Source of the DNA: an uncultured Thiomicrospira sp.
GTDB taxonomy: Bacteria > Pseudomonadota > Gammaproteobacteria > CAKMZV01
DNA: 64,000 bases
Assembly (NCBI GenBank): GCA_965195345.1
Contig: OZ239628.1
Location: forward strand, 1,344,001-1,408,000
Direction: 5' to 3'
Shown: positions 10,748-21,639 of the stretch, one piece after another
Layout of the letters: each line of letters begins with the position of its first letter
Position numbering within the stretch: the stretch's first letter is position 1
The notes under the pieces: model-generated
What the model was told of the DNA's origin: nothing
Seen by the model: only the letters and a program-made list of their open reading frames with translations
The model's database searches: none
Program-made: the position numbers and the translations under genes

Positions 10748-11224
10748 TTAGATAGCAGAAAATACAGCGTCATAGTCCGGTTCGTCTTTCACTTCTGGAA
10801 CTAACTGTATATATTCAAGTGTTCCATCATTGACAACAATCACACACCTTGCATATAACCCTGTCAGAGGTCCTTGTGCCATAATCATGCCTTTATCAGC
10901 CATACTGCGGTGCCGAAAGTCAGATACTGCTTGTACTTTGTCTATCCCTTCAGCCCCACAAAAGCGCGCCAAAGCAAAAGGCAGATCCATTGATACAACA
11001 TAAACTGGCAAACCGCCTTCGGCAGCTCGTTTATTAAACTCCCTTGTTTGTGCAGCGCATACTCCTGTATCAATGCTCGGAAATAAATTGATTATTGCGC
11101 GTCCATTAATTGTTACTTCTGCTAAGTCTTGACCTACAAATTTCAGACAACCCAAATTATCTCCAACATTTGGAAGATTCCCCATTAGTTGAACAACATT
11201 TCCAGAAAACGTTACATTTGCCAT
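10748..11224 (-). CDS. tpx: thiol peroxidase (atypical 2-Cys peroxiredoxin)
   Basis: FPSIDTGVC, SMDLPFALARFC, EPDYD. Confidence 0.93.
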   Translation of the reverse strand: MANVTFSGNVVQLMGNLPNVGDNLGCLKFVGQDLAEVTINGRAIINLFPSIDTGVCAAQTREFNKRAAEGGLPVYVVSMDLPFALARFCGAEGIDKVQAVSDFRHRSMADKGMIMAQGPLTGLYARCVIVVNDGTLEYIQLVPEVKDEPDYDAVFSAI

Positions 11225-11237
11225 TTTTTCTCCTAAA

Positions 11238-11579
11238 TTAAATATTCATACATTCTATGCATCGAGTAGCTACGGGATTTATTCTCAACCGATCAAGGGT
11301 TATAGGCTCATGACAGTTATAGCATAAACCATATTTTTGCCCTTTGATACGCTCTAATGCTCCATCAATAGCTGCAATCATGCTTTTCCTGCGTCGCTGG
11401 CTCTCCAAAGCCATTTGCTGCGACTGCATAGCGTCTACCCTTGATAACCGACCTACTCTTGTTTGATCAAGCGGCACCACCTCACTCGAACCAGCTGACT
11501 CGACTGCCTCCGCTTCAAGCGTCGCCTTTAATTCTAACAGTTGCTTTGTAAAAGTGGTTAAGTCTTCAGAAGTTATCAT
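11238..11579 (-). CDS. TraR/DksA C4 zinc-finger family protein
   Basis: VGRLSRVDAMQ coiled coil; CYNC...CIEC zinc finger. Confidence 0.85.
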   Translation of the reverse strand: MITSEDLTTFTKQLLELKATLEAEAVESAGSSEVVPLDQTRVGRLSRVDAMQSQQMALESQRRRKSMIAAIDGALERIKGQKYGLCYNCHEPITLDRLRINPVATRCIECMNI

Positions 11580-12478
11580 TGAACTTTACTCACTCCTTTT
11601 TTCTTGGCAATCAAATAAACCCCAAATAACGATAGCACAAACCCACCAATCGCAGTCGGTTGTATTGCCTCACCAAATAATAAATAAACCTCAAAAGCCA
11701 CCACCGCGGGTGTTAAATAAAATAAAGAAGTAACCGAAGCCGCTGCTTTTTTATGAACCATATATAACAAAATAAGAACAGCGCCTATAGATAGCACAAG
11801 TACTAACCATACCATCGAGAAAATCGTGTGTGTGTTCCATACTATGATACCCTCTTCTAGCCATAAGGACGCAAGAAAAACGAATACAAATGCACCAATG
11901 TATTGAATGGTTGCTCCAGCAATCAAGTCGATTTTCGCACAATAACGCTTTTGATACGTTGTAGCAACGGTAATTGCTAATAAACTGCTAAAGCAGATAA
12001 TAATATGTTGCCACTGCAAATACGAATGCTCTCCTAATGTAGGTGACAATACAACCATCAGTCCCCCAAAACCTAACAAAAGCCCCAACCATTGAATGCG
12101 ATTGATTCTTTCGCTTAATGCGAGCATTGCAAATAAACTAGCTAATAAAGGCTGTAGCCCAACAATGAGTGACGTATAGGCGATTGGAAATTGATTCCTC
12201 GTTACATAGAAAACGCCACCTAAATAAACTGCATGCAACAAAAACCCAACCACAATTGAATGAGCGATTTCGCTTATCTTTCTTGGAAATTTTTGTTTGA
12301 AAATAAAAACGATTGGTATTAATACAAATGCAGCAATCGCCATACGAATGCTTAAAAAAGTGAGCGGTTCAGCATAAGGAGTTGAAAACCGAGCGGCAAT
12401 AAATCCAGTACTCCAAAGCAAAACAAAAACAACTGGTATTATGGCAATGAGATATTTGTTCCAATTGAAATTAAACAT
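11576..12478 (-). CDS. DMT/EamA family transporter
   Basis: LWSTGFI start, about 10 TM segments. Confidence 0.85.
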   Translation of the reverse strand: MFNFNWNKYLIAIIPVVFVLLWSTGFIAARFSTPYAEPLTFLSIRMAIAAFVLIPIVFIFKQKFPRKISEIAHSIVVGFLLHAVYLGGVFYVTRNQFPIAYTSLIVGLQPLLASLFAMLALSERINRIQWLGLLLGFGGLMVVLSPTLGEHSYLQWQHIIICFSSLLAITVATTYQKRYCAKIDLIAGATIQYIGAFVFVFLASLWLEEGIIVWNTHTIFSMVWLVLVLSIGAVLILLYMVHKKAAASVTSLFYLTPAVVAFEVYLLFGEAIQPTAIGGFVLSLFGVYLIAKKKGVSKVQ

Positions 12479-12489
12479 GTCATCAGCAC

Positions 12490-13119
12490 TTAAGTTGATT
12501 TGATACTATCGTATAAAACTTTAGCTGCTAAAGTAGTCATGAATAATGCCGCTGTATTATCGAAAAAAACTTTACTACGGACATACAAAGATTGATACGG
12601 TCCAGAAGAGAAAGCGCACGCCATCAACACATACCAACCAGACTCAAGTATGAGTACACCAATTAGTAAAATAACATAGTCAACAAGCCCTGGGTTTTGA
12701 GGCAGTAATGCGGAAAAAACGCTAGCAAAAAATATAATTGCTTTTGGATTGCTTATTTGTGTCAAAACACCTATCATTAAAAATCTCCAATAACCAGCTG
12801 ACTTAATCTTTGAGTGCTTCAAAAAAAACGCATTTTTAGAGCCTCTCCACATCATTGTTGCCAAATACAATAAATACAAAGCACCCAACACCTTGATACC
12901 AAGATATAAATTTGGAGCGTTAGCAAGCAATGTGTCAATTCCTAACAAAACAATTGAAGCCAGAATTAAACTGCCAATACCAAGCCCTACGGCGGCGGCA
13001 ACACCATTTAAACGAGAATGAGTTGCAATACGTGCGATCAAAATGAAACTCGGTCCAGGAGACATAATCGCTACTATTAGCGCCCCAAATATCACAACAT
13101 AAGGTAAGATAAAATCCAT
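12490..13119 (-). CDS. LysE/RhtB family amino-acid efflux translocator
   Basis: SPGPS and SNPKA motifs, hydrophobic profile. Confidence 0.88.
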   Translation of the reverse strand: MDFILPYVVIFGALIVAIMSPGPSFILIARIATHSRLNGVAAAVGLGIGSLILASIVLLGIDTLLANAPNLYLGIKVLGALYLLYLATMMWRGSKNAFFLKHSKIKSAGYWRFLMIGVLTQISNPKAIIFFASVFSALLPQNPGLVDYVILLIGVLILESGWYVLMACAFSSGPYQSLYVRSKVFFDNTAALFMTTLAAKVLYDSIKST

Positions 13120-13310
13120 TGCTTTTTCAAAATAGAAGGTGGGTTATTTCTCAAAAAGAAAGAAATCATTGTAGCATCTCATAATACAAATGCGTTTGAT
13201 GAAATATACTTATACAAATGCCAAAAATCCTGAATATCGCCAACAAATAATTTGAAAATTACCGTTACAATAAGTAAAACAATAATGTATTGTTAACTTA
13301 CAATTATAAA

Positions 13311-14216
13311 ATGCCTTTAGAAATCAACCGCAATGTATTTATTACTTGTGCCGTAACTGGTTCAGGTAATACTCAAAATAAAACCCCTCACCTACCAATT
13401 ACCCCCGAACAAATAGCCAATAGTGCTATAAGTGCTGCTAAAGCGGGGGCTGCTATCGTCCATTGTCACGTAAGAAATCCTGAAACTGGCAAACCATCTC
13501 GAGACATCAAACTATATAAAGAGTTAACCGAGCGTATTAGAAGTGCCAATACTGATGTAATTCTTAATCTCACAGCTGGCATGGGAGGCGATATTGTTTT
13601 TGGGGATCACGAATCCCCTCTTCCTTTGAAAGAAAGCACTGATATGGTAGGTGCTAGTGAACGCATAACTCATATTGCGGAATGCTTGCCAGAAATCTGC
13701 ACGCTGGATTGTGGAACAATGAATTTTGCTGAAGCTGATTATGTTATGACAAACACACCTGGTGTGTTAAGAGCCATGGCTCAAATGATAACTGATCTAG
13801 GCGTTCGCTCTGAAATCGAAGCATTCGACACTGGTCATCTTTGGTTTGCTAAACAATTAGTTAAGGAAGGAATTATAAAAGATCCTGTACTAGTGCAATT
13901 ATGCATGGGAATACCTTGGGGTGCACCTGATGATTTGAACACTTTTATGGCAATGGTGAACAATGTTCCAACCAACTGGAATTGGTCTGCATTTTCTATA
14001 GGGCGCAACGAAATGCCTTATGTCGCCGCTGCCGTTTTAGCTGGCGGGAATGTTCGCGTAGGATTGGAAGACAATCTGTTTCTTGAGAAAGGAGTTTATG
14101 CAACCAACTCTCAACTAGTTGAAAAGGCAGTTAATATAATAGAAAATATGGGGGCTACTGTTTTAACTCCAGCGGAAGTTCGTGATAACCTGAAGTTAAC
14201 CAAACACAGTAGTTAA
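13311..14216 (+). CDS. beta-keto acid cleavage enzyme (BKACE/DUF849 family)
   Basis: ITCAVTG, HCHVR metal motif, GGNVRVGLEDN; start reassigned to ATG 13311. Confidence 0.9.
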   Translation: MPLEINRNVFITCAVTGSGNTQNKTPHLPITPEQIANSAISAAKAGAAIVHCHVRNPETGKPSRDIKLYKELTERIRSANTDVILNLTAGMGGDIVFGDHESPLPLKESTDMVGASERITHIAECLPEICTLDCGTMNFAEADYVMTNTPGVLRAMAQMITDLGVRSEIEAFDTGHLWFAKQLVKEGIIKDPVLVQLCMGIPWGAPDDLNTFMAMVNNVPTNWNWSAFSIGRNEMPYVAAAVLAGGNVRVGLEDNLFLEKGVYATNSQLVEKAVNIIENMGATVLTPAEVRDNLKLTKHSS

Positions 14217-14273
14217 TATTAACATACCATTGATGCATTTCTTCTTCATAAGAAAACACTTAAAAAACACTTT

Positions 14274-14846
14274 ATGTTAAAACCAGGATTTGATGGGAAA
14301 AAACGATGCTTCGGCAACTCTAACCTCGTGAGTGCTCAATACCATGATACAGAATGGGGTGTTCCTGTTCATTGTGATAGAACGCTCTTTGAAATGCTCA
14401 TTTTGGAAGGTGCTCAAGCAGGATTAAGTTGGGATACGGTTCTGATGAAAAGAGATGGTTACCGCGAATCTTTTCATAATTTTGATGTGCAGAAAGTAGC
14501 TAACATGAGTGATTCTGATCTTGAATCGAATCATACCAATAGCGCCATAATTCGCAATAAATTGAAAATATCTTCTACTCGAAAAAATGCCATTGTATTT
14601 ATGGAAATACAAAAAGAATTTAAAACTTTCAACGATTACATTTGGAAATGGGTAAACTATAAAACCATTGTTAACAAACCAGTAGATCATCACTCATTGA
14701 ATGCCAATTCTGATATAAGTGATGCAATCTCCTATGATCTAAAAAAACGCGGGATGAGCTTTGTGGGCTCTACCATTATGTATTCGTATATGCAAGCAGT
14801 AGGATTGGTAAACGATCATTTGGTTGATTGTTGGTGTACCAAATAA
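14274..14846 (+). CDS. tag: DNA-3-methyladenine glycosylase I
   Basis: YHDTEWG, LEGAQAGLSW, IIRNKLKI, VNDHLVDC. Confidence 0.95.
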   Translation: MLKPGFDGKKRCFGNSNLVSAQYHDTEWGVPVHCDRTLFEMLILEGAQAGLSWDTVLMKRDGYRESFHNFDVQKVANMSDSDLESNHTNSAIIRNKLKISSTRKNAIVFMEIQKEFKTFNDYIWKWVNYKTIVNKPVDHHSLNANSDISDAISYDLKKRGMSFVGSTIMYSYMQAVGLVNDHLVDCWCTK

Positions 14847-14944
14847 GAAACACTTACTATGAGGAATTCATACGCGGTGCATAAATGCATGGTTTATGAA
14901 GACAATGCTATCCCCGAAAGCAAGTCGTTTAAAAAACTTAGACT

Positions 14945-15814
14945 TTATTCAACGATTGCTTTTCCTAAAGAATATACAGCCAAAGCATACAGGTTGCTGT
15001 TGTTATACGTTTTAAGCACTTTGAAGTTAGCATCTGGCATCCACCATTCTTCTCCTTCATTCAGTTCAAACCGTAGGGAAGAATCCTGCTTTTGTTTAGA
15101 TTTAGTGGCTACGCCCACTCCCTCTTTCCAACCGTGTTCTTTGAGGTAATTAGCAATGCTGAAAATAGCGTCTTTCTTTGAAGAAACCAAATCAATCACT
15201 CCATCATTATCACCGTCAACCCCCCAGCGTCTGATACTTGTTGGAATGAATTGCCCCATGCCCATTGCTCCTGCATACGAACCTTTGATCGTAGGGTCAA
15301 GCTTTTTCCTATGTACTAACAGCAAAAAGTCAGCTAATTGAGCATTAAAGAATCTTTTCCTTTTAGATAGATCATGCGTTGACAAAGTAACCAACGCATC
15401 GCGAACAGAGGTCTTGCCAAGAATTCGTCCAAAATAAGTCTCTACCCCAAGTATTCCTAAAATTATATACGCTGGAACATTGTATTTTTTTTCAGATGAT
15501 TTGATAATATCACCATACTTTTGATGGAATTTCTGCCCCACTTTAATCCTTTCTTTTGTCATAAAGATACTGCGATATTTCTCCCAATTGAGTTTGCTTT
15601 CTGCCGAATTATTGATCAAACGCACCACACTGGGTACAAAACTTGCGTTGTTGACCATTTTTTCCACCCATTCGGCAGGAAGAGCAGGATAGTGCCTGTT
15701 AACTTCACTTATAGCATTACGCATACTGTTAGGACTTACATGTTCATTAATATCTGCCAAAACGGAAAATGGCATGTACAAAAAAACACTCAAACATAAA
15801 AATATTTTTTTCAT
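14945..15814 (-). CDS. mltB: lytic murein transglycosylase B family (SLT_2)
   Basis: ILGVETYFG catalytic Glu, GSYAGAMGMGQFIP, YNNSNLYA. Confidence 0.85.
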   Translation of the reverse strand: MKKIFLCLSVFLYMPFSVLADINEHVSPNSMRNAISEVNRHYPALPAEWVEKMVNNASFVPSVVRLINNSAESKLNWEKYRSIFMTKERIKVGQKFHQKYGDIIKSSEKKYNVPAYIILGILGVETYFGRILGKTSVRDALVTLSTHDLSKRKRFFNAQLADFLLLVHRKKLDPTIKGSYAGAMGMGQFIPTSIRRWGVDGDNDGVIDLVSSKKDAIFSIANYLKEHGWKEGVGVATKSKQKQDSSLRFELNEGEEWWMPDANFKVLKTYNNSNLYALAVYSLGKAIVE

Positions 15815-16245
15815 TTTAGACTCAATAGTTCTATACGTATAGACCGTCGTAGATCATCAATACCGTTAGTTAAAAGATCGGTTTTCTTCTGGCTCTCATG
15901 AAAACTCTCCCAATGTGTGCTCCACAACATCTTTAGATTGTTGGCTTTCTCGGTAATGTCTTCAGTTGTTAATAAGCTCAATTCTGTAATTAGCCCAATT
16001 CTAACCCAACCTGACCGAGGACTTCCCGCATTCACTAAGTCACCATCGTAGCGAGCCGCATAAACAATTTGCTCAAAATTGCCAAGTTCACGAGTAATTT
16101 CAAAACAGGCTTCTCTAAGGTTGTTGTTTTTCTCCGTTTCTTCAGCTCTCCAAACGTTATAGGAAAACCCTACTATTGCAAATAAAATGCTTGCAAGCGT
16201 AGCTATTTGCAAATAATGTACTCGTGTGACGTCTTTTATATTCAT
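15811..16245 (-). CDS. hypothetical protein with N-terminal TM helix
   Basis: 144 aa ORF overlapping the mltB start by 4 bp; one hydrophobic helix. Confidence 0.7.
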   Translation of the reverse strand: MNIKDVTRVHYLQIATLASILFAIVGFSYNVWRAEETEKNNNLREACFEITRELGNFEQIVYAARYDGDLVNAGSPRSGWVRIGLITELSLLTTEDITEKANNLKMLWSTHWESFHESQKKTDLLTNGIDDLRRSIRIELLSLK

Positions 16246-16553
16246 TCTTGATGATTTTCAACCATTAAAATTCTTCTTCATGATATTTTAATTTCTCAAT
16301 GTCATTTGGCAAGTGGAATTATAGAACATTGGATGCAATCTATATTAACTTTGATTTTTAAATAAATGCTGTATTTAAAGCAGAAAAAATATAAATTTGT
16401 AGTACTTCAACGCTTATTTCAATGCCAATACGACCTAATTAAGGAGCCCAGCTCCAAAAATAACTTCGTAGGTCAAGTATAATGGGCATAAGCTTTTTTT
16501 CTCAAAATATTGCGTTAATAATTAACCAATAAACTAAACTAACCGAAACAAAC

Positions 16554-17972
16554 ATGACAGAAGCTAAAACACTTTATGATAAATTGTGGGACTCGCACTT
16601 GGTTCATAACCAAGAAGGGGGTTCTTCATTGCTTTATATTGATCGGCATTTGGTACATGAAGTAACATCACCTCAAGCTTTTGAAGGGTTACGTATCGCA
16701 AAACGTCAACCTTGGCGCACAAATTCCATTTTAGCCGTTCCTGATCACAACGTTCCTACAATGAATCATGCTGCAGGAGCACAAGGAATTATTGATAAAA
16801 CTTCTCGTTTACAGGTAGAAACGCTTGAAAAAAATACACGCAGTTTTGGCATAGAACAAATTGCTCTAACCGATATTCGACAAGGGATTGTGCACGTTGT
16901 TGGTCCCGAGCAAGGCGCAATACTCCCTGGAATGACAGTCGTTTGTGGAGACTCACACACATCAACGCATGGTGCATTAGCAACTCTTGCCCATGGCATT
17001 GGCACTTCAGAGGTTGAACATGTGCTCGCAACACAATGTTTGATCCAGAAAAAAATGAAAAGCATGCTCATTAAGGTAGATGGTACTTTACCTGATGGGG
17101 TTTATCCCAAAGATGTAATCCTCGCAATCATTGGCACTATAGGTACTGCAGGTGGTTCAGGCTATGCTATAGAGTTTGGGGGAGAAGTTTTTTCTGACAT
17201 GAGCATCGAAGGTCGTATGACTGTTTGTAACATGTCCATTGAAGCGGGCGCGCGAGCTGGTATGGTCGCGGTTGATGAAAAGACGATTAAATACATACAA
17301 AATCGTCCATTTGCACCTACAGGAAAACTCTTTGACGATGCGACGGATTATTGGTACTCTCTTCATTCTGATGAAGATGCTGTGTTTGACAGTGTAACTG
17401 TTATTGACGGCTCCAAGCTAAAACCGCAAGTTACTTGGGGAACTTCTCCTGAAATGGTGGTTTCAGTCAATGATAAAATCCCCTCCCCTAAAAAAGCAAA
17501 ATCTGTTGCCCAGTCAAAGAATATCGAGAATGCATTGAATTATATGGGATTGAAATCTGGCACAGCAGTTGAAGACATTCCTTTGGATTATGTATTCATT
17601 GGCTCTTGTACGAATGCTCGTATTGAAGACTTGCGTATTGCTGCAAAATTTCTTCAAGGGAAAAAAATCGCATCTACAATTCAGAGAGCGATGGTCGTTC
17701 CAGGCTCAGGACTCGTACGAAAACAAGCAGAAGATGAAGGTTTGGACGATGTATTTAAATCCGCAGGATTTGAATGGCGCGAAGCAGGATGCTCCATGTG
17801 TTTGGGGATGAATGAAGATCAATTGCCCTCAGACATGCATTGCGCGTCTACCTCAAACCGCAACTTTGAGGGCAGACAAGGACGAGGAGGAAGGACACAT
17901 TTAGTTAGCCCTGCTATGGCAGCCGCAGCCGCCATTGAAGGTCATTTTGTTGACATCAGCAATTCGAATTAA
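16554..17972 (+). CDS. leuC: 3-isopropylmalate dehydratase large subunit
   Basis: [39 protein letters not shown]. Confidence 0.97.
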   Translation: MTEAKTLYDKLWDSHLVHNQEGGSSLLYIDRHLVHEVTSPQAFEGLRIAKRQPWRTNSILAVPDHNVPTMNHAAGAQGIIDKTSRLQVETLEKNTRSFGIEQIALTDIRQGIVHVVGPEQGAILPGMTVVCGDSHTSTHGALATLAHGIGTSEVEHVLATQCLIQKKMKSMLIKVDGTLPDGVYPKDVILAIIGTIGTAGGSGYAIEFGGEVFSDMSIEGRMTVCNMSIEAGARAGMVAVDEKTIKYIQNRPFAPTGKLFDDATDYWYSLHSDEDAVFDSVTVIDGSKLKPQVTWGTSPEMVVSVNDKIPSPKKAKSVAQSKNIENALNYMGLKSGTAVEDIPLDYVFIGSCTNARIEDLRIAAKFLQGKKIASTIQRAMVVPGSGLVRKQAEDEGLDDVFKSAGFEWREAGCSMCLGMNEDQLPSDMHCASTSNRNFEGRQGRGGRTHLVSPAMAAAAAIEGHFVDISNSN

Positions 17973-18013
17973 TCGATATTAAGGATGTTTAAACGCGTAA
18001 GCTATCAAAAATC

Positions 18014-18805
18014 ATGAATGTAATTGAACTTGAAAATTTGACATTTAAAAGGAATTCTCAATTCATCTTTGATGGGCTGTCTCTTAATATCCCTGCGCAA
18101 GGCATTCACGCAATAATGGGTCCTAGTGGTTGCGGTAAAACAACATTGCTGAAATTAATTACCGCACAAGTGACACCGCTTTCAGGAACGGTCCGCTTGC
18201 TTGGCGAGAACATTCATAAATTGAATCGTAAATCGCTCTTTTCCCTAAGAAAAAAGATCGGCATGCTATTTCAACAAGGCGGTTTGCTTGCTGATTTAAG
18301 TGTATTCGACAACATTGCCCTTCCTTTGCGAGAACACACTTCATTGTCTGAATCTGTGATTCGCAACCTCGTTATTATGAAATTAGAAATGGTAGGACTT
18401 AGAGGTATAGCTTTAACCTTTCCCAGTGAGTTATCGGGAGGGATGGCGAGACGTGTATCTTTAGCAAGAGCAATCGCGCTTGACCCTGAAATAGTATTCT
18501 ACGACGAACCTTTTACTGGTCAAGATCCCATTAGTACAGGAGTTCTCGTGCGTCTCATTGATATCTGCACAAGGAATTCTTCTGCAACTTCCGTGGTTGT
18601 TTCGCACGATGTTCCTCAAATACTATCTATTGCAGACACGGCATGTATTTTATCTCAAGGACAAGTTATTGCGTCTGCAAAGGCAGATCAAATAATGAGT
18701 GATGCCACACTTGATGTTAAGCAATTTATACGGGGAGAACCTGACGGACCAATCCCATTCCACAAACCCACCAACATACCCTATCCAGAAGTGCTATTAC
18801 AATGA
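18014..18805 (+). CDS. mlaF: Mla phospholipid ABC transporter ATPase
   Basis: GPSGCGKT, LSGGMARR, YDEPFTGQDP; first gene of the mla operon. Confidence 0.92.
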   Translation: MNVIELENLTFKRNSQFIFDGLSLNIPAQGIHAIMGPSGCGKTTLLKLITAQVTPLSGTVRLLGENIHKLNRKSLFSLRKKIGMLFQQGGLLADLSVFDNIALPLREHTSLSESVIRNLVIMKLEMVGLRGIALTFPSELSGGMARRVSLARAIALDPEIVFYDEPFTGQDPISTGVLVRLIDICTRNSSATSVVVSHDVPQILSIADTACILSQGQVIASAKADQIMSDATLDVKQFIRGEPDGPIPFHKPTNIPYPEVLLQ

Positions 18806-19587
18806 TTCAAACATGCAATAACATTTTTATTAACATAGGAGAAAAAACGCTTCATACGCTGCGTTCTTTCGGAAAATTGCATATGTTTATGTGGTTAGTT
18901 CTCACTCAAACTCCTAAATTAAAGGGGCTATATAGTGCGAGTTGTTTTCAAATATACAATATAGGCGTTCTCTCTTTACCAATAATATTAGTCTCAGGTC
19001 TATTTGTTGGCATGGTTTTAGGTTTACAAGGCTACTACACATTGGTTAATTACGGTGCTGAAAGCTCTCTTGGAGTATTGGTGGCTTTATCGCTTATTCG
19101 TGAATTAGGACCAGTGTTAACTGCAATTTTATTTGCAGGTCGCGCAGGATCATCAATTGCATCAGAAATTGGATTTATGAAAACAACTCAACAATTAGAT
19201 GCACTTGAAATTATGGCAATAGATCCTATACAAAAAATCTTTCAGCCTCGCCTTTTAGCAGGCTTCATCGTCATGCCAATGCTCAATTTAATGCTCATAT
19301 CGGCTGGATTAATCGGAGCTTGGTTTATTGGATCGTATATACTAGGAATAGACGATTCTTCTTACTGGACGCAGATGCAGGACAAAGTTGATTGGTATGC
19401 AGATGTAATGAATGGAATAATCAAATCGCTTTTCTTCGGATGGACCGCAACTATAGTTGCTCTATATTTCGGCTATAACTGTATACCAACAGCAGAAGGA
19501 ACCAATCTAGCTACTACCAAAACAGTTGTCTATACTTCACTTGCTGTATTGGCGCTAGATTTTATATTAACGGCTATTATGTTTTAA
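18802..19587 (+). CDS. mlaE: Mla permease
   Basis: RELGPVLTAILFAGRAGS motif. Confidence 0.93.
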   Translation: MIQTCNNIFINIGEKTLHTLRSFGKLHMFMWLVLTQTPKLKGLYSASCFQIYNIGVLSLPIILVSGLFVGMVLGLQGYYTLVNYGAESSLGVLVALSLIRELGPVLTAILFAGRAGSSIASEIGFMKTTQQLDALEIMAIDPIQKIFQPRLLAGFIVMPMLNLMLISAGLIGAWFIGSYILGIDDSSYWTQMQDKVDWYADVMNGIIKSLFFGWTATIVALYFGYNCIPTAEGTNLATTKTVVYTSLAVLALDFILTAIMF

Positions 19588-19590
19588 ATT

Positions 19591-20037
19591 ATGAAAGAAA
19601 AAGCAATACAATTATGGGTGGGAATATTTGTCTTATTAGGCATATCTTCTCTAGTTTTTATCGCTTTGAGCGCCAGCAATCTTAACGCTTTTTCCAGTGG
19701 CGATGGTTATCGAATCAAGGCTTCCTTCAGTGAAATAGGCGGTTTGAAAAAATCGGCTCCTGTGACGATAGCAGGTGTTAGAGTTGGTCGAGTAGAGAGT
19801 ATTTATTTGGATTTAGAGTCATTTCAAGCTCGGGTTGTTTTAAATATTGATGAAAAGTATGACCAAATCCCCATTGACAGCAGTCTAAGTATTTTGACTG
19901 CAGGATTACTTGGAGAGAAATATATTGGTCTCACTCCAGGTGGAGAAGAAGAATATTTAGCAGACGGAGAGTTTATTGAAATCACTCAATCTGCTATAGT
20001 ATTAGAAAATCTAATAAGCACATTTTTAAATAACTAA
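19591..20037 (+). CDS. mlaD: Mla MCE-domain protein
   Basis: IGGLK.APV.IAGVRVG, TAGLLGEKYI. Confidence 0.93.
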   Translation: MKEKAIQLWVGIFVLLGISSLVFIALSASNLNAFSSGDGYRIKASFSEIGGLKKSAPVTIAGVRVGRVESIYLDLESFQARVVLNIDEKYDQIPIDSSLSILTAGLLGEKYIGLTPGGEEEYLADGEFIEITQSAIVLENLISTFLNN

Positions 20038-20630
20038 TGAAAAAAATCTTACTACTATTGGTGTTTTTCTCAATTAGTGCGCACGCTGGTCCCGTGAGCG
20101 ACTTTTTACAAGGAGAGACAAAAGAATTATTCAAAGGAATTGATTTAGATCGCGAATATTACGAGAATAATCCTAATGCGTTGGAGCTTATAACGAGAGA
20201 ACGTATTTACACTTTGTTCGATTGGGAAAAAATCAGTCGATTCGTTTTAGCCAGACACTGGCGCAGCTTGAATAAACAGAAAAAGCAGCTTTTCATCGAC
20301 GAATTTTCAGCCCTACTCCTCACCACTTATAGCCAACTACTCATCAAAATTACTTTTGACGATTTGACCTTTCAAGAAGAACGTAAGGGCCTACGCAAGG
20401 GAACCTATATCGTGCCTTCTATAGTACAAAGTGACACCAAGAAATACCGTTATGAGTATTTTGTCATTGAAGAAAAAAAAGTTTTGCGTATTGTTGATTT
20501 GCGCGTTGAAGGTCTTAGCCTTCTTATTAACTATCGCAAAGCATACGCTGAACAGTTGGAAAACAAGGATATAGATCAATTCCTTAATGATATAATTTCA
20601 AAAAATAATAACAGTGCCATTAAAAATTGA
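20037..20630 (+). CDS. mlaC: Mla periplasmic phospholipid-binding protein
   Basis: Signal peptide, DLRVEGLSL..NYR motif, operon position. Confidence 0.8.
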   Translation: MKKILLLLVFFSISAHAGPVSDFLQGETKELFKGIDLDREYYENNPNALELITRERIYTLFDWEKISRFVLARHWRSLNKQKKQLFIDEFSALLLTTYSQLLIKITFDDLTFQEERKGLRKGTYIVPSIVQSDTKKYRYEYFVIEEKKVLRIVDLRVEGLSLLINYRKAYAEQLENKDIDQFLNDIISKNNNSAIKN

Positions 20631-20895
20631 AGTCAATGGAAATCGTGTGTTTTTCTTGGGTAAAGCAACCATTAAAAATATCGAATTACTCCCCCCTCCT
20701 ACTCTTAAACCAGGAACTTACGAAGTTGAATTTGAGAGACTTGAAGTTGTTGATAGCGCTTTTATAGCATGGTTACTTGATTGGCAGAAATCCATGTTAA
20801 AGAAAAATATCTTTTTTAAATACACGAAATTACCCATTCAATTTGAGAACATAGTTGCAGCATATAGACTGCAATCTTTGTTTGAGAATGACTAA
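20614..20895 (+). CDS. mlaB: STAS-domain protein MlaB
   Basis: VDSA motif, 93 aa, follows mlaC. Confidence 0.7.
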   Translation: MPLKIEVNGNRVFFLGKATIKNIELLPPPTLKPGTYEVEFERLEVVDSAFIAWLLDWQKSMLKKNIFFKYTKLPIQFENIVAAYRLQSLFEND

Positions 20896-21639
20896 ATGAC
20901 TACCAAAGCCATATCCTTTAACAAAGTTAGTAAACATTTTAGTAATGTTTACGCTCTTAATGAATTAAGTTTTTCCATCGAAGAAGGCGGATTCTTTGGA
21001 TTACTTGGCCCTAATGGTGCAGGTAAATCAACACTCATTAATGTCACTTCAGGTTTAGCTAGACCTACTTCAGGAAGTGTAAATATTTTTGGAAAAGACG
21101 TAATTAAGGATTTTCGCGATACGCGTCGTATGGTGGGTGTTGTCCCACAAGAGTTGATTAGTGATGGTTTTTTCTGTGTACGTGACATGTTGCGTCTTCA
21201 GGCTGGTTACTTTGGTTTTGGGAAAGAGCAATATGACTGGATAGAAGAACTTATCGACACTATGGCCTTGACTGCTAAAGCAGAGGAGTTAACTCAAACG
21301 TTATCTGGCGGCATGAAAAGGCGCACCTTAATAGCTATGGCACTTGTTCATCGTCCGAAAATTGTCATTTTGGACGAACCAACTGCAGGTGTTGATGTCA
21401 ACCTTCGACAAACTTTATGGAAGTTCATTCGCAAATTACACCTCATGGGGCACACAATTATTCTCACAACACATTACTTAGAAGAAGCTGAACAACTATG
21501 CGATCGTATTGCTATACTAGATCAAGGAAATCTAGTAACCCTTGAAGATAAAAGCACCCTCCTCAATGATTCATCGCGACGATTGGAGCAAGTGTATCTT
21601 GATATTATCAAACAATCAAGAGACCAAGAAGAAGAATGA
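20896..21639 (+). CDS. ABC transporter ATP-binding protein (YadG-like)
   Basis: GPNGAGKS, LSGGMKRR, LDEPTAGVD, TTHYLEEAE. Confidence 0.9.
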   Translation: MTTKAISFNKVSKHFSNVYALNELSFSIEEGGFFGLLGPNGAGKSTLINVTSGLARPTSGSVNIFGKDVIKDFRDTRRMVGVVPQELISDGFFCVRDMLRLQAGYFGFGKEQYDWIEELIDTMALTAKAEELTQTLSGGMKRRTLIAMALVHRPKIVILDEPTAGVDVNLRQTLWKFIRKLHLMGHTIILTTHYLEEAEQLCDRIAILDQGNLVTLEDKSTLLNDSSRRLEQVYLDIIKQSRDQEEE

